From the NCBI RefSeq assembly GCF_902713615.1, contig NC_052170.1, positions 4,216,001-4,280,000 of the forward strand: a DNA stretch of 64,000 nt, given 5' to 3'. Positions 62,001 through 64,000 of this stretch are shown piece after piece (position 1 is the stretch's first letter; every line of letters begins with the position of its first letter). This stretch comes from Scyliorhinus canicula. Lineage: Eukaryota. The translations under genes were made by a program, and so were the position numbers. The notes beneath the pieces are model-generated. The model was not told the DNA's origin. It saw only the letters and a program-made list of their open reading frames with translations, and ran no database searches.

Positions 62001-62314
62001 TCTTGCTAGGGGCAGGAGAGGATGCTGATCACAGTCTGGATCGTGCTAAATTCCAGATGGAATTCTCATCACTGTTTTTGGATGGAGAATCTAAATGTCA
62101 GAGGGTTTTTTTGAGCATTGCTTTGCTTTCGAACTGATCTCTCTCCGGTTCTATCAGTGGGGATATTCCATGTTCCACTATCCCCACGGTGTAAAGACAG
62201 AAATGTAGATGTTTACACTTCTCCGTTGAGATCTGAAAGAGGGTCAGCTTCGGTTAACTGCTTTGGAGGATTTGAGTCGATTTAAATGAACTATAATTCT
62301 CTCGTGTCTTTAAG

Positions 62315-62427
62315 GGCTTCTTTGTGTCACGTGTACAGACATGGCAGTGATGGCTGGCAATAGTGGGGAGACCTGTTACAGCAAGTATGGATCCATGTCG
62401 CTGAAGTCAAAGTTTTGTCACGAAATG
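62315..62427 (+). CDS. TRMT1: TRMT1 exon (GLLCVTCTDMAVMAGNSGETCYSKYGSMSLKSKFCHEM)
   Basis: aag acceptor, gtgagt donor, 113 nt. Confidence 0.94.
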
Positions 62428-62467
62428 GTGAGTTTCTGCGTCCGGATCCCCGCAAAGCGGCACGTTG

Positions 62468-62935
62468 CCTCTCTGCCTCTCTCACCCCCTATCCTCTGCC
62501 TCTCTCACCCCCTATCCTCTGCCTCTCTCACCCCCTATCCTCTGCCTCTCTCACCCCCTATCCTCTGCCTCTCTCACCCCCTATCCTCTGCCTCTCTCAC
62601 CCCCTATCCTCTGCCTCTCTCACCCCCTATCCTCTGCCTCTCTCACCCCCTATCCTCTGCCTCTCTCACCCCCTATCCTCTGCCTCTCTCACCCCCTATC
62701 CTCTGCCTCTCTCACCCCCTATCCTCTGCCTCTCTCACCCCCTATCCTCTGCCTCTCTCACCCCCTATCCTCTGCCTCTCTCACCCCCTATCCTCTGCCT
62801 CTCTCACCCCCTATCCTCTGCCTCTCTCACCCCCTATCCTCTGCCTCTCTCACCCCCTATCCTCTGCCTCTCTCACCCCCTATCCTCTGCCTCTCTCACC
62901 CCCTATCCTCTGCCTCTCTCACCCCCTATCCTCTT
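62468..62935 (+). repeat. Perfect 23-bp pyrimidine-rich minisatellite (CCTCTGCCTCTCTCACCCCCTAT), ~20 units
   Basis: Fills most of a 519-nt TRMT1 intron. Confidence 0.96.
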
Positions 62936-62946
62936 CCTTCCCGCAG

Positions 62947-63095
62947 GCTCTTCGTATCATCCTGCACAACCTGGATCTTCGTGCGAACTGCTACCAGCGA
63001 TATATTGTTCCTGTCCTCTCCGTCAGTGTCGATTTCTACATCCGAGTATTTGTCCAAGTATTCTCGGGACAGGCTAAGGTTAAAGCTTCAGCCAG
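62947..63095 (+). CDS. TRMT1: TRMT1 exon (ALRIILHNLDLRANCYQRYIVPVLSVSVDFYIRVFVQVFSGQAKVKASA); gene continues beyond the window
   Basis: cag acceptor, gtacaa donor, 149 nt. Confidence 0.93.
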
Positions 63096-64000
63096 GTACA
63101 ATAACTGGGTGAGGCCCAATCAATCTGCTTGATGTACGAAGCTTAAATCTACTTTGGAAAAAAAGCCTCGTCAACTACCGTTCTGTTTCCAACATTTTTA
63201 AAAGTAAATTTGGAGTACCCAATTATTATTTTTCCAATTAAGGGGTGATTTAGTGTGGCCAATCCACCTACCCTGCACATCTTTGGGTTGTGGGGGTGAG
63301 ACCCACGCAGACACGGGGAGAATGTGCAAACTCCACACGGACAGTGACCCGGGGCCGGGATTGAACCTGGGACCTCGGCGCTGTGAGGCAGCAGTGCTAA
63401 CCATTGCGCCGTCCTGCTGCTCTAGTTTCCGACCTTTACGGTTCATCTGACCCACTTTGATTGTTTGAATTAAAATCCCTCCCTCCTCCTCTCCTCCACA
63501 AGAAAGTGCCTACTCCCCCGGGTTCTGTCTTGCTGCTTTTGGCTCCCCTTAATGTACAGCCGCTGTCAGTGAGTTAACTTCCTCCTGGGGGCAATGGGAG
63601 GGGGTCGTTTCTGCCTCACTCCCGACCTTTCTTGGGTCGCGTGCTGGGAGAGTTTAAGCCAATGCCCGAGTGGGAGTGGCTCCACTCAGCGTTAGTTAAT
63701 CTCACTCGAAAACAACCGCCACAAAACTGGCCGGATTGAGAGCTGAAGGCAGCAATGGTGCTGTAGAGTCAGTCTGTTCTAAATCCAGAGTTGGGAAATT
63801 GTCTTCCTGATTTCCTAACTATCCCGGGACAGTAAACTAATTTTATTTAACAGCAAGCTGTATAATTGCAGTTGTTTCTTTTTCATATCGATAAATCAGT
63901 GTCTGACTCGGGACATGGTGGCCTTCGCTGGCGCATGTGTTTCCCATCCCTATTTGCCCTTGAACTGATCGGCTTGCTGGGCCATTTCAGAGGTCAGCCA

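Overview
Vertebrate nuclear DNA, almost certainly from a cartilaginous fish. The HE1/V-SINE, Deu-SINE and CR1/HER1 repeat content suggests a catshark-like genome; this is inferred, not searched. The window holds four genes in the same order and relative orientation as human chr19p13. IER2 (- strand) is intronless and has a textbook SRE/TATA promoter. STX10 (+) has 8 coding exons (253 aa), and its intron 2 is a U12-type AT-AC intron. NACC1 (-) has 5 coding exons (492 aa, BTB+BEN). The 5' part of TRMT1 (+) shows 7 coding exons, runs off the window, and shares a CpG-island bidirectional promoter with NACC1. All exon phases were checked by hand and join in frame. The rest is SINEs, LINE fragments, non-autonomous DNA transposons and many minisatellites. 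Most unusual observations: (1) a 702-bp hAT element containing two abutting ~190-bp near-perfect palindromes whose geometry equals an inverted, circularly permuted copy inserted into itself; (2) a 33-bp segment of the Deu-type SINE expanded into arrays at four loci; (3) a Cys/SQ-rich repeat inserted in frame in IER2; (4) a SINE A-box amplified into a ~31-copy array; (5) a TRMT1 leader with a candidate uORF whose stop codon is made by splicing, ahead of dual mitochondrial/nuclear starts; (6) head/tail module swapping among SINEs; (7) intronic arrays that multiply splice signals. Gene and repeat family names come from recalled sequence similarity, not database searches. Repeat boundaries are approximate.
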